NCBI GenBank assembly: GCA_963711895.1
Contig: CAVQFU010000007.1
Span: 93,406-157,405 of the forward strand
Reading direction: 5' to 3'
Source of the DNA: an uncultured Acidobacteriota bacterium
Lineage (GTDB): Bacteria > Actinomycetota > Acidimicrobiia > Spongiisociales > ZC4RG35
Length of the DNA stretch: 64,000 bases
Within the stretch, counting starts at the first letter, position 1. Every line of letters starts with the position of its first letter. Made by a program: the position numbers and the translations under genes. Below the pieces are notes generated by a model that saw only the letters and a program-made list of their open reading frames with translations, was not told where the DNA came from and ran no database searches. Below, piece by piece: positions 27,391 through 37,105 of this stretch.

Positions 27391-28713
27391 ATGAACGCCG
27401 GGTTGGCCCAGGAGCTTTCGACGCTGGCATATCGCAAGGGTGCCGCCGGCTTCGGTGTGACCGGGGCGGAAGTCTTCACCCGGGAGAGGGCGGCACTTCA
27501 CGCTTCGCATGAGACGGGCCGTTCGGGACCGCTTCGCTTCACCTACGACGACCCCGATCTGGCCACCGACGTCTCACAATCGTTCCCGTGGGCCAAATCG
27601 CTGGTCGCGGTGAGCTACGACTATCTGCCGGAGGCCAATACGCCCGCAGGCGAGGGAGCGGTGGTGGGCCGATTCGCCACTGCCGACCAATACGAAGGGG
27701 TGCGCCGCATCACCGGAGCGGTCGCCGAATACCTCCGTCGCCGAGGGCACCGAGCCGAGATCCTGAGTGACGACAATCGTCTCGTCGATCGGGCAGCCGC
27801 GGTTCGGGCCGGTGTGGGTTGGCTGGGAAAGAGCACGATGGTGCTTGCACCCGGGCATGGCCCCTGGATGCTGCTCGGGACCGTGGTGACCGATGCGTCG
27901 ATCCCTGCCGACAGCCCCATGCAGCGGGACTGCGGAACCTGTTCGGCGTGCATCCCGGCCTGTCCAACCGGGGCCTTGGGGGAGTGGGGGCTCGACGCAC
28001 GCCGTTGTCTGTCGACCTGGCTGCAGACCCCCGGCTCGATCCCGCAGTGGATCCGGCCCATCATGGGACGGAGGGTCTACGGATGCGACGACTGCCTCAC
28101 TGCATGCCCACCGGGTGGCCGCGCTCTGGTCGCGGCAGGAGAGAGACCGAGGCAACTCCCTTTCTCCGATTTGCTCGCGCTGTCTGACCACGACCTGCTC
28201 GATCGATTCGGGTGGTGGTACGTGCCGAGGAGACAGGGTCGCTTCATCCGGCGCAACCTCCTTGTGGCCGCCGGCAACTCGAGGGAGCGGGCGGCCAGGG
28301 AGGCGGTCGAGGCCCACACCCGCCACCCATCCTCGATGATCAGGGGTCATGCCTATTGGGCGATGGCCCGGGGATTCGAGGGGCAGGGGGTTCTCCGGGA
28401 CACCCTGGAGACCGAGAGTGTGCCGGAGGCTCGTGACGAGCTCTTGCTCGCCCTGCTCATGACCGAGCACGCCGGGGCGCATGCCGCGGTGCTGGAGGCC
28501 GACGAAAGGGCTCGCAGCGATGAATCGATACGGGGCCTGGCCCTGGTTGGCCCCCATGCCTCGGCAGAGGGTCGAAGCGATGAGGATCTGGACCTCGTGT
28601 TTGTCGGTCGGGATGGCGCGGGGATCGACCGGATCGAAGTGCCGATGGTCAGGGTCTATGACCCGGACCGGGCTCTCGAAGGGCGACGCCGGGCGGTCTT
28701 GTCGCCTGGTTGA
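27391..28713 (+). CDS. queG: Epoxyqueuosine reductase QueG (tRNA queuosine biosynthesis)
   Basis: DUF1730-like N-terminus, two 4Fe-4S ferredoxin motifs (CGTCSACIPACP; GCDDCLTACPPG), C-terminal HEAT-like repeats. Confidence 0.7.
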   Translation: MNAGLAQELSTLAYRKGAAGFGVTGAEVFTRERAALHASHETGRSGPLRFTYDDPDLATDVSQSFPWAKSLVAVSYDYLPEANTPAGEGAVVGRFATADQYEGVRRITGAVAEYLRRRGHRAEILSDDNRLVDRAAAVRAGVGWLGKSTMVLAPGHGPWMLLGTVVTDASIPADSPMQRDCGTCSACIPACPTGALGEWGLDARRCLSTWLQTPGSIPQWIRPIMGRRVYGCDDCLTACPPGGRALVAAGERPRQLPFSDLLALSDHDLLDRFGWWYVPRRQGRFIRRNLLVAAGNSRERAAREAVEAHTRHPSSMIRGHAYWAMARGFEGQGVLRDTLETESVPEARDELLLALLMTEHAGAHAAVLEADERARSDESIRGLALVGPHASAEGRSDEDLDLVFVGRDGAGIDRIEVPMVRVYDPDRALEGRRRAVLSPG

Positions 28714-28757
28714 TTGGCCCGAGATCCCTCAACGGCGGCGAGTTGAGCCCGCAGCGA

Positions 28758-29129
28758 TCAGGTCTTGTCGCTGGTGTCGGTCTCGACCGGGATGACCGTC
28801 ACGTCTCCCGATGGTGGTGTCGGCTCAGCCTCACTCACGACAGGCTCTTGGGGAGATGCCTCTTCGGCGGCGGGTGTGTCGGTCTCCTCACCATCATCGA
28901 CGGCCGCCCAACGCTCCTTGGCGGCGGCGATGCCCTGGTCGATCACCTCGCCCAACTCCTGAGCGGCCTGCTTGGCCGACTCGAGGGCGGCCATGCGACT
29001 GTCACGGGTGGCGTCCCAGGCGGTGCGAAGGGCATCTCCGGTGCGATCCAGCGCCTCCTGCACGTCGGCAAACCACCTCTGCTGCTTGCTCTCATTTGTG
29101 TCGGTCGATTTGTCGGTTTGGTCGCTCAT
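28758..29129 (-). CDS. Hypothetical acidic protein
   Basis: 123-aa ORF, acidic/low-complexity C-terminus; no recognisable motif. Confidence 0.4.
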   Translation of the reverse strand: MSDQTDKSTDTNESKQQRWFADVQEALDRTGDALRTAWDATRDSRMAALESAKQAAQELGEVIDQGIAAAKERWAAVDDGEETDTPAAEEASPQEPVVSEAEPTPPSGDVTVIPVETDTSDKT

Positions 29130-29220
29130 CGCGTCCTCCTTCGTGGTCCCGTTGGCTCATTCTTGTCCCAATTCGGAGTTGATGCGCTCGTGAGGACTGG
29201 AGCGTCGATATCGTCGCCCC

Positions 29221-29691
29221 GTGGACGGCTTCCCCGCCCGACCGGTTTCCGTGTCGGCGCACATCCCGGCTCCTCCGGACGAGGTGTTCGCCTTCGTCTC
29301 AGACACACGCAACGATCCGTTGTGGTGTGAGAACGTGGAGAGGGTGGATCTGGTCGAGGGGAGCAAGGTCGAGCCGGGCGCCCGGTTCCGGTTTCACCAG
29401 CATCTCGATCGACCCGGCGCGGGACGAGTGCAATTCGACGTCGATGTCGAGGTCATTGAGATGGGGGAGCGTTCGATCAGGTGGCAGGCCAACGATCGGT
29501 TTCAGACCAGAGAGATCAATCTCGCCGTCGAGCCCCATGGATCAGGATCGCGAATCACCCAGGTCACAAGGGCCACCTTCCTTCGTTCTCCGGGCATGGC
29601 CAAATGGTTCTACCCGTTGTTGGCCCGCCGCATCTTCGGGAAGCAGTTCCGGGACCTTGCCGCCTACTTCGATCAGGCTCAGTCCCGCTGA
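29221..29691 (+). CDS. SRPBCC family protein (polyketide cyclase/dehydrase-like)
   Basis: Bet v1-like pattern (VSAHIPAPPDEVFAFVSDTRNDPLWCENV). Confidence 0.65.
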   Translation: MDGFPARPVSVSAHIPAPPDEVFAFVSDTRNDPLWCENVERVDLVEGSKVEPGARFRFHQHLDRPGAGRVQFDVDVEVIEMGERSIRWQANDRFQTREINLAVEPHGSGSRITQVTRATFLRSPGMAKWFYPLLARRIFGKQFRDLAAYFDQAQSR

Positions 29692-30344
29692 ACGACTTCT
29701 CCTGAGCCGCTCACATCGCTGTCGACGCTTGGCGACCCGAGATACTCGATGTCGCCGGATCCGGAGACGTCCACCTCGAGTGAGTCGGTCACGTTGACGA
29801 CCGCATTGCCCGACCCGGATACCTCGATATGTCCCACCGGGGCGGTGAGAGACTCGCCGTCGAACTCCCCGGACCCGCTGATGGACACCGAGAGCAGACC
29901 GGTGATGGTCCCCTCGACCGAGACGTCGCCGGACCCACTGATGTCGGCCCTGAAATCGGTGGTGTCGACACCGGACGCCTCGACCACCCCGCTGCCGCTG
30001 ATGGAAAGGCCGTCGAGGGTGGCGGCGGTGATGGTGTAGATGATCTCTTCGTTCGGAGCGATGTTCCGGGTGGTGTCGAGCACGAGACGGCCGTTCCTGA
30101 CCCGGGACTCCAGGACTGGCATGATGTTGTCTTCGGCCTCGATGGTGAGGGACTCGGTCCCGGTCACCTCGACTTCGACCCGGCCGATCCCACCGAGCAC
30201 GATCTCGTTGAACCCGCTGACATCGCGGTTCTCGGTGATGACGTTGCCAGACCCTTCGACACCCGGCCGGATGCACGACAGAGTGGCAAGTGCGGCGAGG
30301 AGCACGACAAGGGAGCGAAGCAGGGCGCGTGACGGAGTCGTCAT
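29679..30344 (-). CDS. DUF2807 / head GIN domain lipoprotein
   Basis: Signal peptide plus Cys. Repeated SGSG[DN]V motifs of the putative auto-transporter adhesin head GIN domain. Confidence 0.65.
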   Translation of the reverse strand: MTTPSRALLRSLVVLLAALATLSCIRPGVEGSGNVITENRDVSGFNEIVLGGIGRVEVEVTGTESLTIEAEDNIMPVLESRVRNGRLVLDTTRNIAPNEEIIYTITAATLDGLSISGSGVVEASGVDTTDFRADISGSGDVSVEGTITGLLSVSISGSGEFDGESLTAPVGHIEVSGSGNAVVNVTDSLEVDVSGSGDIEYLGSPSVDSDVSGSGEVVQRD

Positions 30345-30397
30345 CGGGCGAACCCTATTCCGGTGGCGCGCCCGGAGGAGGGGATAACGTCAGGCCC

Positions 30398-30589
30398 ATG
30401 GAGATGGAGCCGACCGATCGATACGAGTCTCTGCCAGAGCGCTTGATTCGCGAAGCGATCGAGGCAGGTGAATTCGACCGCCTCCCCGGCGTCGGTGAGC
30501 CGTTGCCGGGCGCGGGTGTGGCGGACGACGACCTGTGGTGGGTCCGCAAGTGGCTGGAACGAGACACGGTCGAGAAGGAACAGGGTTGA
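30398..30589 (+). CDS. DUF1992 domain protein
   Basis: IREAIEAGEFDRLPGVGEPL motif. Stop overlaps ATG of next gene (TGATG). Confidence 0.5.
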   Translation: MEMEPTDRYESLPERLIREAIEAGEFDRLPGVGEPLPGAGVADDDLWWVRKWLERDTVEKEQG

Positions 30590-31615
30590 TGGAGCTGGGG
30601 ATCACCACCTTCGCCGAGACCTATCCCGACCCGAGGACCGGGGAGAAGGTCGGCCACGGCGAGCGCCTTCGCAACGTCCTCGAGGAGATCGTGCTCGCGG
30701 ATCAGGTCGGTCTCGAGGTGTACGGCGTCGGGGAGCACCATCGGCCAGACTTCGCCTCCTCCTCGCCTGCGGTCGTCCTCGCCGCCGCCGCCGGGATGAC
30801 CAGCAAGATCCGTCTCACCCCGGCGGTGGTCATCCTCTCTTCCGACGATCCGGTTCGTGTGTTCCAGGACTACGCCACGCTCGACCTGGTGTCGGACGGC
30901 CGGGCAGAACTGTTGGTGGGGCGGGGATCCTTCATCGAGTCCTTCCCCCTGTTCGGCTACTCCCTATCCGACTACGACGAGCTCTTCTCCGAGAAGTTGG
31001 ACCTCCTCTTGGCGATCCGGGACCAGGAGCGGGTCACCTGGTCGGGCAGGTTCCGCCCGCCACTCCAGGACCAGGCCATATATCCGAGGCCCCAGCAGGA
31101 CCCCTTTCCCATCTGGGTCGGGGTCGGAGGCAGCCCGGAGTCGATCGTCCGGGCGGCCACCCGGGGGCTCCCGGTCGCTCTCGCCATCATCGGGGGCAAC
31201 CCGGACCGTTTCGCTTTCTTCGCCGACCTCCATCGCAAGACCCTGGTCGAATCAGGGCACGATCCCGCCTCGGCTCCGCTGGCCGTTCATGCCCACGGGT
31301 ATATCGCCGACAGCGACGAACAAGGCGGCCGACGAGTACTACAACGCCTACGCGGTGGCGATGACCCAGCTGGGGAGAGAGCGCGGGTGGGGACCGATGA
31401 CGCGCCCTCAGTTCGAGATGATGCGCTCCCCAGAAGGATCGTTGGTGCTCGGCGACGTGGAGACAGTGGCGGCGAAGATCAATCGGATGAGGGAGGTCCT
31501 CGGCATCGACCGGTTCATGCTCCACATCAGTGTCGGCACCCTGCCCCACGAGCAAGTGCTCCACGCCATCGAGCTGTTGGGGACGAAGGTGGCCCCGCTG
31601 TTGAAGACGTCGTAG
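30589..31615 (+). pseudogene. LLM class flavin-dependent (F420/FMN) oxidoreductase, disrupted by a +1 frameshift at about 31324
   Basis: N-terminal 245 codons in frame 1 (MELGITTFAETYPD...HAHGYIADSDEQ). C-terminal 97 codons continue in frame 2 (AADEYYNAYAVAM...ELLGTKVAPLLKTS). Removing one G from caaGGcgg restores a continuous LLM protein. Confidence 0.6.
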
Positions 31616-31616
31616 C

Positions 31617-31907
31617 TCAGCCCTCCGCGACCGCCAAAGAGTCGAGGATGAGCTCGGCGTAGTAGGCCGGCCAGTGCTGTTCCGGATCGCCTTCCGCCCG
31701 GTATTTCTCATCGGCCTCTTGGAGCCACCCGGTGATCTCCTCGACGCTGGGCTCGAAACCGACGAAGGAGCCCATTTCGGGATGGAGCCTCGTGGCGTAC
31801 CACTCGGCCCATCGAGGGCTCGGGTCGCTCCCGTGGGCCTCGTGGTGTTCTCTCGCCGTTTGGGCGAGGAGGTGCCTCAACTGTGTCACTCGATCCTGGT
31901 CTGCCAT
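31617..31907 (-). CDS. Hypothetical protein
   Basis: About 97-aa ORF from MADQDRV; upstream part of the long ORF is Arg-rich and probably not translated. Confidence 0.4.
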   Translation of the reverse strand: MADQDRVTQLRHLLAQTAREHHEAHGSDPSPRWAEWYATRLHPEMGSFVGFEPSVEEITGWLQEADEKYRAEGDPEQHWPAYYAELILDSLAVAEG

Positions 31908-32275
31908 GACGCCGGAGGTTAGAAGTCGCCCGGTGGTAGTCCTATCCGCGGGGTCGCGAAGAAGAGAGCTAAGTCGCGAAATTTCATCTGCGCTTCGACT
32001 TGCTCCCCGGAGATAGGCAGACCTATGGTGGCGGAGCCGACTTGGAGGCAACTCCAGATCGGAGTCGAAGTGACCGAGAGGTGACTTTGAGACCTAGCTG
32101 GGAGACCAGTCCTTCGGGGCCGGAGTGTCAGCAAGGTCGAGAACCCCGAGAGGGTGACGGCTTCGGCCAGCACTCCCTCGGGGTTTTTCGCGTCACGGGG
32201 CGCGGCTCCGGGTCTCCATTGTCGAAGGCGATCCCGCAAGTGACGGAGCTCATAGCTCCCAGTTCGTAACGGCGG

Positions 32276-32902
32276 TCAGCTCTCGAGACGCGCCGCCAGC
32301 CCGGCGATGATGATCTCGAGCCCGAAGGCGAACTCGGTCCCGAACTCGCAGTTGGCGAGATAGGGAGCAAGCGCTGCCACATTGGGGAAGACCGAAAGGT
32401 CGGGGAGTCTCGATTCCCACCCGTGTTTGTCGTCCCCACCCGACGCCTGCTGGAAGGCATAACCCATGGTGTGGCTGGCCAACATCTGCCAGGCGTGATG
32501 GGCATCCTCCTCGGTGAAGCCGGCGTCCCGGAACAGGCCGAGGACGCGGTCCATGAATCGGAGCGATGTCGGTCCGTAGGTACCCCGTTGCATGAGCAGG
32601 TTGACCATCCAGGGGTGCTCGACGAACTGGTCCAGGGCGGCCAATGCCGCCTCCCGGATCGAGAAGCGCCAGTCGGAGTCTGAGGCGGGCAACGGAATGG
32701 CACGAAAGACGTGATCGATCATGCCGTCGAGGATGTCGTCCTTGTTCGCGACGTGGTTGTAGAGCGACATCGCCTCTACGCCGAGCTCGGCGCCGAGCTT
32801 GCGCATTGACAACTCGTCGACTCCGCCGGTGTCCGCCAGGACGACAGCGGCATCGATGATCCGATCCCGGGTGAGCGGGGCACGGGTCCCGGTGCTGATC
32901 AT
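32276..32902 (-). CDS. TetR/AcrR family transcriptional regulator
   Basis: N-terminal HTH (LTRDRIIDAAVVLADTGGVDELSMRKLGAELGVEAMSLYNHVANKDDIL) and TetR C-terminal domain. Divergent from the MMPL transporter. Confidence 0.8.
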   Translation of the reverse strand: MISTGTRAPLTRDRIIDAAVVLADTGGVDELSMRKLGAELGVEAMSLYNHVANKDDILDGMIDHVFRAIPLPASDSDWRFSIREAALAALDQFVEHPWMVNLLMQRGTYGPTSLRFMDRVLGLFRDAGFTEEDAHHAWQMLASHTMGYAFQQASGGDDKHGWESRLPDLSVFPNVAALAPYLANCEFGTEFAFGLEIIIAGLAARLES

Positions 32903-33009
32903 TTGTCGTCGTCTCCGTCTCGGGTTTCCGTTTCGATTTTGACCGGGCTTACGCCGTATGCATACAGTGTAAACGAGATCTTCCCGGAACGCCACGAGGA
33001 GCGGAGCAA

Positions 33010-35220
33010 ATGTCATTCACCCAGGCCCTGGCCCGAGGCAGCGGCAGACGTCCATGGAGGACGGTGATCATCTGGGCGCTGGCCCTGGTGGCGGCGGTGG
33101 CCCTCACGTCCCAGCTCTTGGACGACGCCCTCACCAGCTCGATTGGTTTCACCGACGAGCCGGAATCGATAACGGCAGCGAACCTGATCGAGGAGGTCCG
33201 GGGGGAGCCGACCGACACCGAATTCGTGGTGGTCACTTCTGAGGGAACTGACGTGTCCGACCCGGCCTATGTGGCCTACGTCACCGAGATCGAATCCACC
33301 CTGCTCGGGCTGGGCTCCGACGTGGTGACCAGCGTCGGCACTTACTTGACCGAGACAGGGCCGGTCTCCGAATCCGGCCGGTCGGCCCTTCTCCCAGTGG
33401 TGGTCGCCGGTGATGGTGTCGACGAAACAGGTGTCAACGCCGGCCTCGTGCGCGACACGCTCGCCGAGGTTCCGGCACCGGAAGGATTTCAGGCACTGAT
33501 GGCAGGCCCGGCCACCCTGAACAACGACTTCAACACGATCGCCGAGGAAGATCTGCGTACCGGTGAGACCATCGGCATTGCGGTTGCCCTCGTCGTCCTG
33601 GTGTTGGTGTTCGGGTCAGTGGTCTCCGGGGTGATCCCGGTCATTCTGGGTGTGGTAGCGATCGGGATCGCCATGGGTCTGGCTGCTCTGCTCGGCCTGT
33701 TCATGGACCTGAGTTTCTTCATCACCAACATGATCACGATGATCGGTCTCGCCGTGGGGATCGACTATTCGCTGTTCATCGTCTCCAGGTACCGGGAGGA
33801 ACGGCTTCGGGGGTTCGAGAAGCTCGACGCCATCTCACGTGCCGGCGCCACGGCCACCAGGGCTGTCTTTTTCTCGGGCCTGACCGTGGTCCTGGCGCTT
33901 GTTGGATTGTTGATTCTTCCCAACACTCTCTTCCGGGCCCTGGGTTTGGGGGCAATCCTGGTGGTGATCGTTGCAGTCCTGGCCTCGATGACCCTCCTCC
34001 CCGCAGTGCTTTCGCTGCTCGGCGACCGGATCGAGGCGCTGCGGGTCCGACGCCGTCGCAGCCTCGACGAACAGGGCCGGATGTGGGATCGGATCACCAA
34101 CATCGTCATGGGCCGGCCGGTCCTCAGCGTCGTCTTCGCCGGCGGAATCCTCCTCCTCGCCGCCAGCAGCCTGTTCTCGATCAACAAAGGCCTGTCGGGT
34201 GTCTCGACGCTGCCCGAGGAGATGGAGTCGAAGCAGGCTTTCGAGATCCTGACAACCGAGTTCGCCGGAGGCTTCACGTCACCAATCGAGGTGGTGGTGA
34301 CGGGGGCCGATGTTTCGGGCACGGTGACCAACCTGGAGGCGAATGTCGCCGCCGACGGGGGATTCGGGCCGAGCTTCGTCGACCCGTTGTCGACCGACGA
34401 TGTCGCCATCGTGTCGGTGCAGACTCTCGGCGACGTCAATTCGATCGAGTCACAAGAGGCGTTGCGGCACTTGAGAGCAGACATTGTCTCCGGTGCGATC
34501 GTTGGCGACACGGAGGCCTACGTGGGCGGCGAGACCGCGATCACCGTGGACTTCCTCGACCAGGTGGACAACTACACGCCGATCGTGTTCGCCGTTGTGC
34601 TCGGGCTCAGTTTCATCCTGTTGTTGCTGGCTTTCCGCTCTGTGGTGATCCCCGGCAAGGCGATCGCCATGAACCTGCTTTCGGTCGGCGCCGCCTACGG
34701 GCTGGTGGTGGCGACGTTCCAATCCGATATCGGTCCGGCCTGGCTGAAGGACGTCGCAGCCTTCCTCGGTTTCGAACAGGTCGAGACCATCGAGGCCTGG
34801 CTGCCCCTGTTTCTCTTCTCCATTCTCTTCGGCCTTTCGATGGACTATCACGTATTCCTGCTGTCGCGGATCAAGGAGCGCTTCGACCAGACCGGAGATA
34901 ACACCGAGTCGGTGGCGTTCGGGCTGCGCTCGACGGGAGCCCTCATTACCGGTGCTGCCGTGATCATGGTTGCGGTGTTCGCGGGGTTCGCCGCCGGGCG
35001 TCTGGTGATGTTCCAACAGTTGGGCTTCGGCCTAGCCATCGCCGTCCTCCTCGATGCCACCATCGTCAGGTCGATCCTTGTCCCGGCGTCGATGAAACTG
35101 CTGGGCAAGTGGAACTGGTACTTCCCATCGTGGCTCGAGTGGATTCCGAACATCAGCATCGAAGGCCACATCGACGATGTCGTGCCCCAACCGGGACCCG
35201 TCGAGCCAGCGAACGCGTGA
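33010..35220 (+). CDS. MMPL family transporter (RND superfamily)
   Basis: Two 6-TM bundles each followed by periplasmic domains; MMPL signature regions (GIDYSLFIVSRYREE; SMDYHVFLLSRIKE). Confidence 0.85.
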   Translation: MSFTQALARGSGRRPWRTVIIWALALVAAVALTSQLLDDALTSSIGFTDEPESITAANLIEEVRGEPTDTEFVVVTSEGTDVSDPAYVAYVTEIESTLLGLGSDVVTSVGTYLTETGPVSESGRSALLPVVVAGDGVDETGVNAGLVRDTLAEVPAPEGFQALMAGPATLNNDFNTIAEEDLRTGETIGIAVALVVLVLVFGSVVSGVIPVILGVVAIGIAMGLAALLGLFMDLSFFITNMITMIGLAVGIDYSLFIVSRYREERLRGFEKLDAISRAGATATRAVFFSGLTVVLALVGLLILPNTLFRALGLGAILVVIVAVLASMTLLPAVLSLLGDRIEALRVRRRRSLDEQGRMWDRITNIVMGRPVLSVVFAGGILLLAASSLFSINKGLSGVSTLPEEMESKQAFEILTTEFAGGFTSPIEVVVTGADVSGTVTNLEANVAADGGFGPSFVDPLSTDDVAIVSVQTLGDVNSIESQEALRHLRADIVSGAIVGDTEAYVGGETAITVDFLDQVDNYTPIVFAVVLGLSFILLLLAFRSVVIPGKAIAMNLLSVGAAYGLVVATFQSDIGPAWLKDVAAFLGFEQVETIEAWLPLFLFSILFGLSMDYHVFLLSRIKERFDQTGDNTESVAFGLRSTGALITGAAVIMVAVFAGFAAGRLVMFQQLGFGLAIAVLLDATIVRSILVPASMKLLGKWNWYFPSWLEWIPNISIEGHIDDVVPQPGPVEPANA

Positions 35221-35843
35221 CCTGTCGTCTGAGCACCGAGCAGGTGCGTCGGCGTTACGACGACATGGCCGGCAACTGGCGGCTGCTCGGGATCAGCGAC
35301 ACCTTGCTCCTGATCAACCGCTTGCGGCGCAAGCAATTCTCGGGGGCACGCGGCGACGTTCTCGATGTGGGCTGCGGGACCGGCGAGAACTTCGAATACT
35401 TGGACAGGGCCTCGTCGGTCACGGCCCTCGATCTCTCCTCGGAGATGATCGAAGAGGCACGTCGCCGCCAACGTCAGATGGGGGCGGACATCCGGCTGGT
35501 GATCGGCGACGCAGAGAAATTGCCGTTCTCTTCTGGCGGCTTCGACACCGTGATCTCGGCGTTCTCTTCATGCACGTTCCCCGACTACGCCGCCGCCTTT
35601 CGGGAAATGGTGCGGGTCACCAGGCCCGGCGGGCGAGTTCTGCTTGTGGAGCATGGGCGATCGTCGGTGGGTTGGATCGCCCGGCGCCAGGACCGGAACA
35701 TCGAACGGGTCTACGAACGGTCGGCGTGCCGCAACAATCGGGACGTTGCCGCCGATCTGGGCGAAGCGGACCTGGAGCCGGAAGCGCATGTCGTGAGCCA
35801 TCTCGGCATGATGAACCGGATCACCATCGAGGTGGCGACTTAG
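35217..35843 (+). CDS. Class I SAM-dependent methyltransferase
   Basis: Motif I VLDVGCGTGEN, post-I and PGGRVLLVEHG. GTG start overlapping MMPL stop (GTGA). Confidence 0.75.
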   Translation: MTCRLSTEQVRRRYDDMAGNWRLLGISDTLLLINRLRRKQFSGARGDVLDVGCGTGENFEYLDRASSVTALDLSSEMIEEARRRQRQMGADIRLVIGDAEKLPFSSGGFDTVISAFSSCTFPDYAAAFREMVRVTRPGGRVLLVEHGRSSVGWIARRQDRNIERVYERSACRNNRDVAADLGEADLEPEAHVVSHLGMMNRITIEVAT

Positions 35844-36355
35844 CGGGTGTCCAACCGGCGATACCCGCTTCGGAAGTGGACCATCGGGTCGTCGAGATCG
35901 GATACCTCGACCTGATCGATCAGGCCAATGACCAGACCCGACCATCCGACCTCATCACGGGATTCGAATCGGCAGTAGGCGCGATCGGGGAAATCGGTCA
36001 GAACAGGGCCCCACTGGCTCTCTGTGACCGCCATGCCGGCGAAGAGCCCACCCGGCGAGGGCGACAAACCGGCGAAGACATCCGCGGTCTGGCGGTCTTC
36101 GTACCGGCAGATGTGAATCACGAAGTGCTCGCTTTCTGCGGCGATGTCCCACAGGTCCGTGGTGGGGCCGACCACCAGATGGGCCAATGCCGGGTCTCCC
36201 TGGACCACGAGCAGGGAGGACACGGTCAGACCGGTGCGATCCGACCCGGAACCCGCAGTGACGATCGTCACGCCGGCGGCGAGACGCCCCCGAAATCGGC
36301 GCGCCAGGTCCCGATCCGCCGGTTCGGGCCGGAACGGGTGCTCGGAATGAATCAT
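35840..36355 (-). CDS. Flavin reductase family protein (HpaC-like, NAD(P)H-dependent)
   Basis: Flavin_Reduct domain pattern (LAAGVTIVTAGSGSDRTGLTVSSL...). Confidence 0.75.
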   Translation of the reverse strand: MIHSEHPFRPEPADRDLARRFRGRLAAGVTIVTAGSGSDRTGLTVSSLLVVQGDPALAHLVVGPTTDLWDIAAESEHFVIHICRYEDRQTADVFAGLSPSPGGLFAGMAVTESQWGPVLTDFPDRAYCRFESRDEVGWSGLVIGLIDQVEVSDLDDPMVHFRSGYRRLDTR

Positions 36356-36394
36356 GGGCGCACCCTAGGGAAATCTGGGCTCATCGCGATTGGC

Positions 36395-37000
36395 GGTGGT
36401 TTAGCCCGGTTGGTGTTGGGTGATTGCTAGCACTTTGTTGCGGTAGCGGTGGTTGTTGCGGTGTCCGTAGCCGCGTCGTTTGAGCACTTTGATCTTGTTG
36501 GTGATCCCGTGCGGCAGATGAACTCGGATTTCGAACGACGACTCGTCTAATGACACCACTCTTGGAGCTGTTCCTGCGACTGGGAGCGAGGATCGCCAAG
36601 TGTCGAAACTGTCAGCGATCCGCCACCACGACACTCCCTCCCGAGATGCGATATCCGACCAAGGTTGAGAGCAAGCCGCATCAGCAAGAGATGATGCGGA
36701 ACCGGGCGGTGAGCCGTTTCGAGCCCAGCGTTTCGGGATGACGTTCCCTCGAAGTCCGGCCACAGTCCCGGCATCGGTAGCGGCGTTGCTCCCAGACCAG
36801 GGTCGTCGGATAACCATGAGCCCGATCCCGGAGCCGACGCCGGCACCTGCCATGACCGATGACGTCGACCGAACCGCATTGGAAGCAGGCCCGAGGGAAG
36901 GTGGACCTCACCGTCACCTCGAGCTGACCGTCGACCAGGTCGGTGCCGACCACCTGGAAATGGGCTAGTTCAAGCGGCACCTGAATACGATCGCCCATCT
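36395..37000 (-). mobile_element. ISL3-family transposase remnant (frameshifted and internally deleted pseudogene)
   Basis: Minus ORF 36681..36998 encodes an ISL3 N-terminal zinc-finger region (CFQCGS...RRYRCRDCGRTSRERHPE). Another frame continues ...EGVSWWRIADSFDTW...PRVVSLDESSFEIR then jumps to the ISL3 C-terminus HGITNKIKVLKRRGYGHRNNHRYRNKVLAITQ (ending 36401). About 250 aa of the middle are missing; region has lower GC than flanks. Confidence 0.55.
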
Positions 37001-37105
37001 GGGCCCTCCTTGTTTTCGGCGGTTTGTCACCAACCGAAAGTAGGAGGGCTCAGCCCTCACCCACCGTCTTTCGCGTAGAAGGGAAATCTGTCACACCCAC
37101 CCGTC

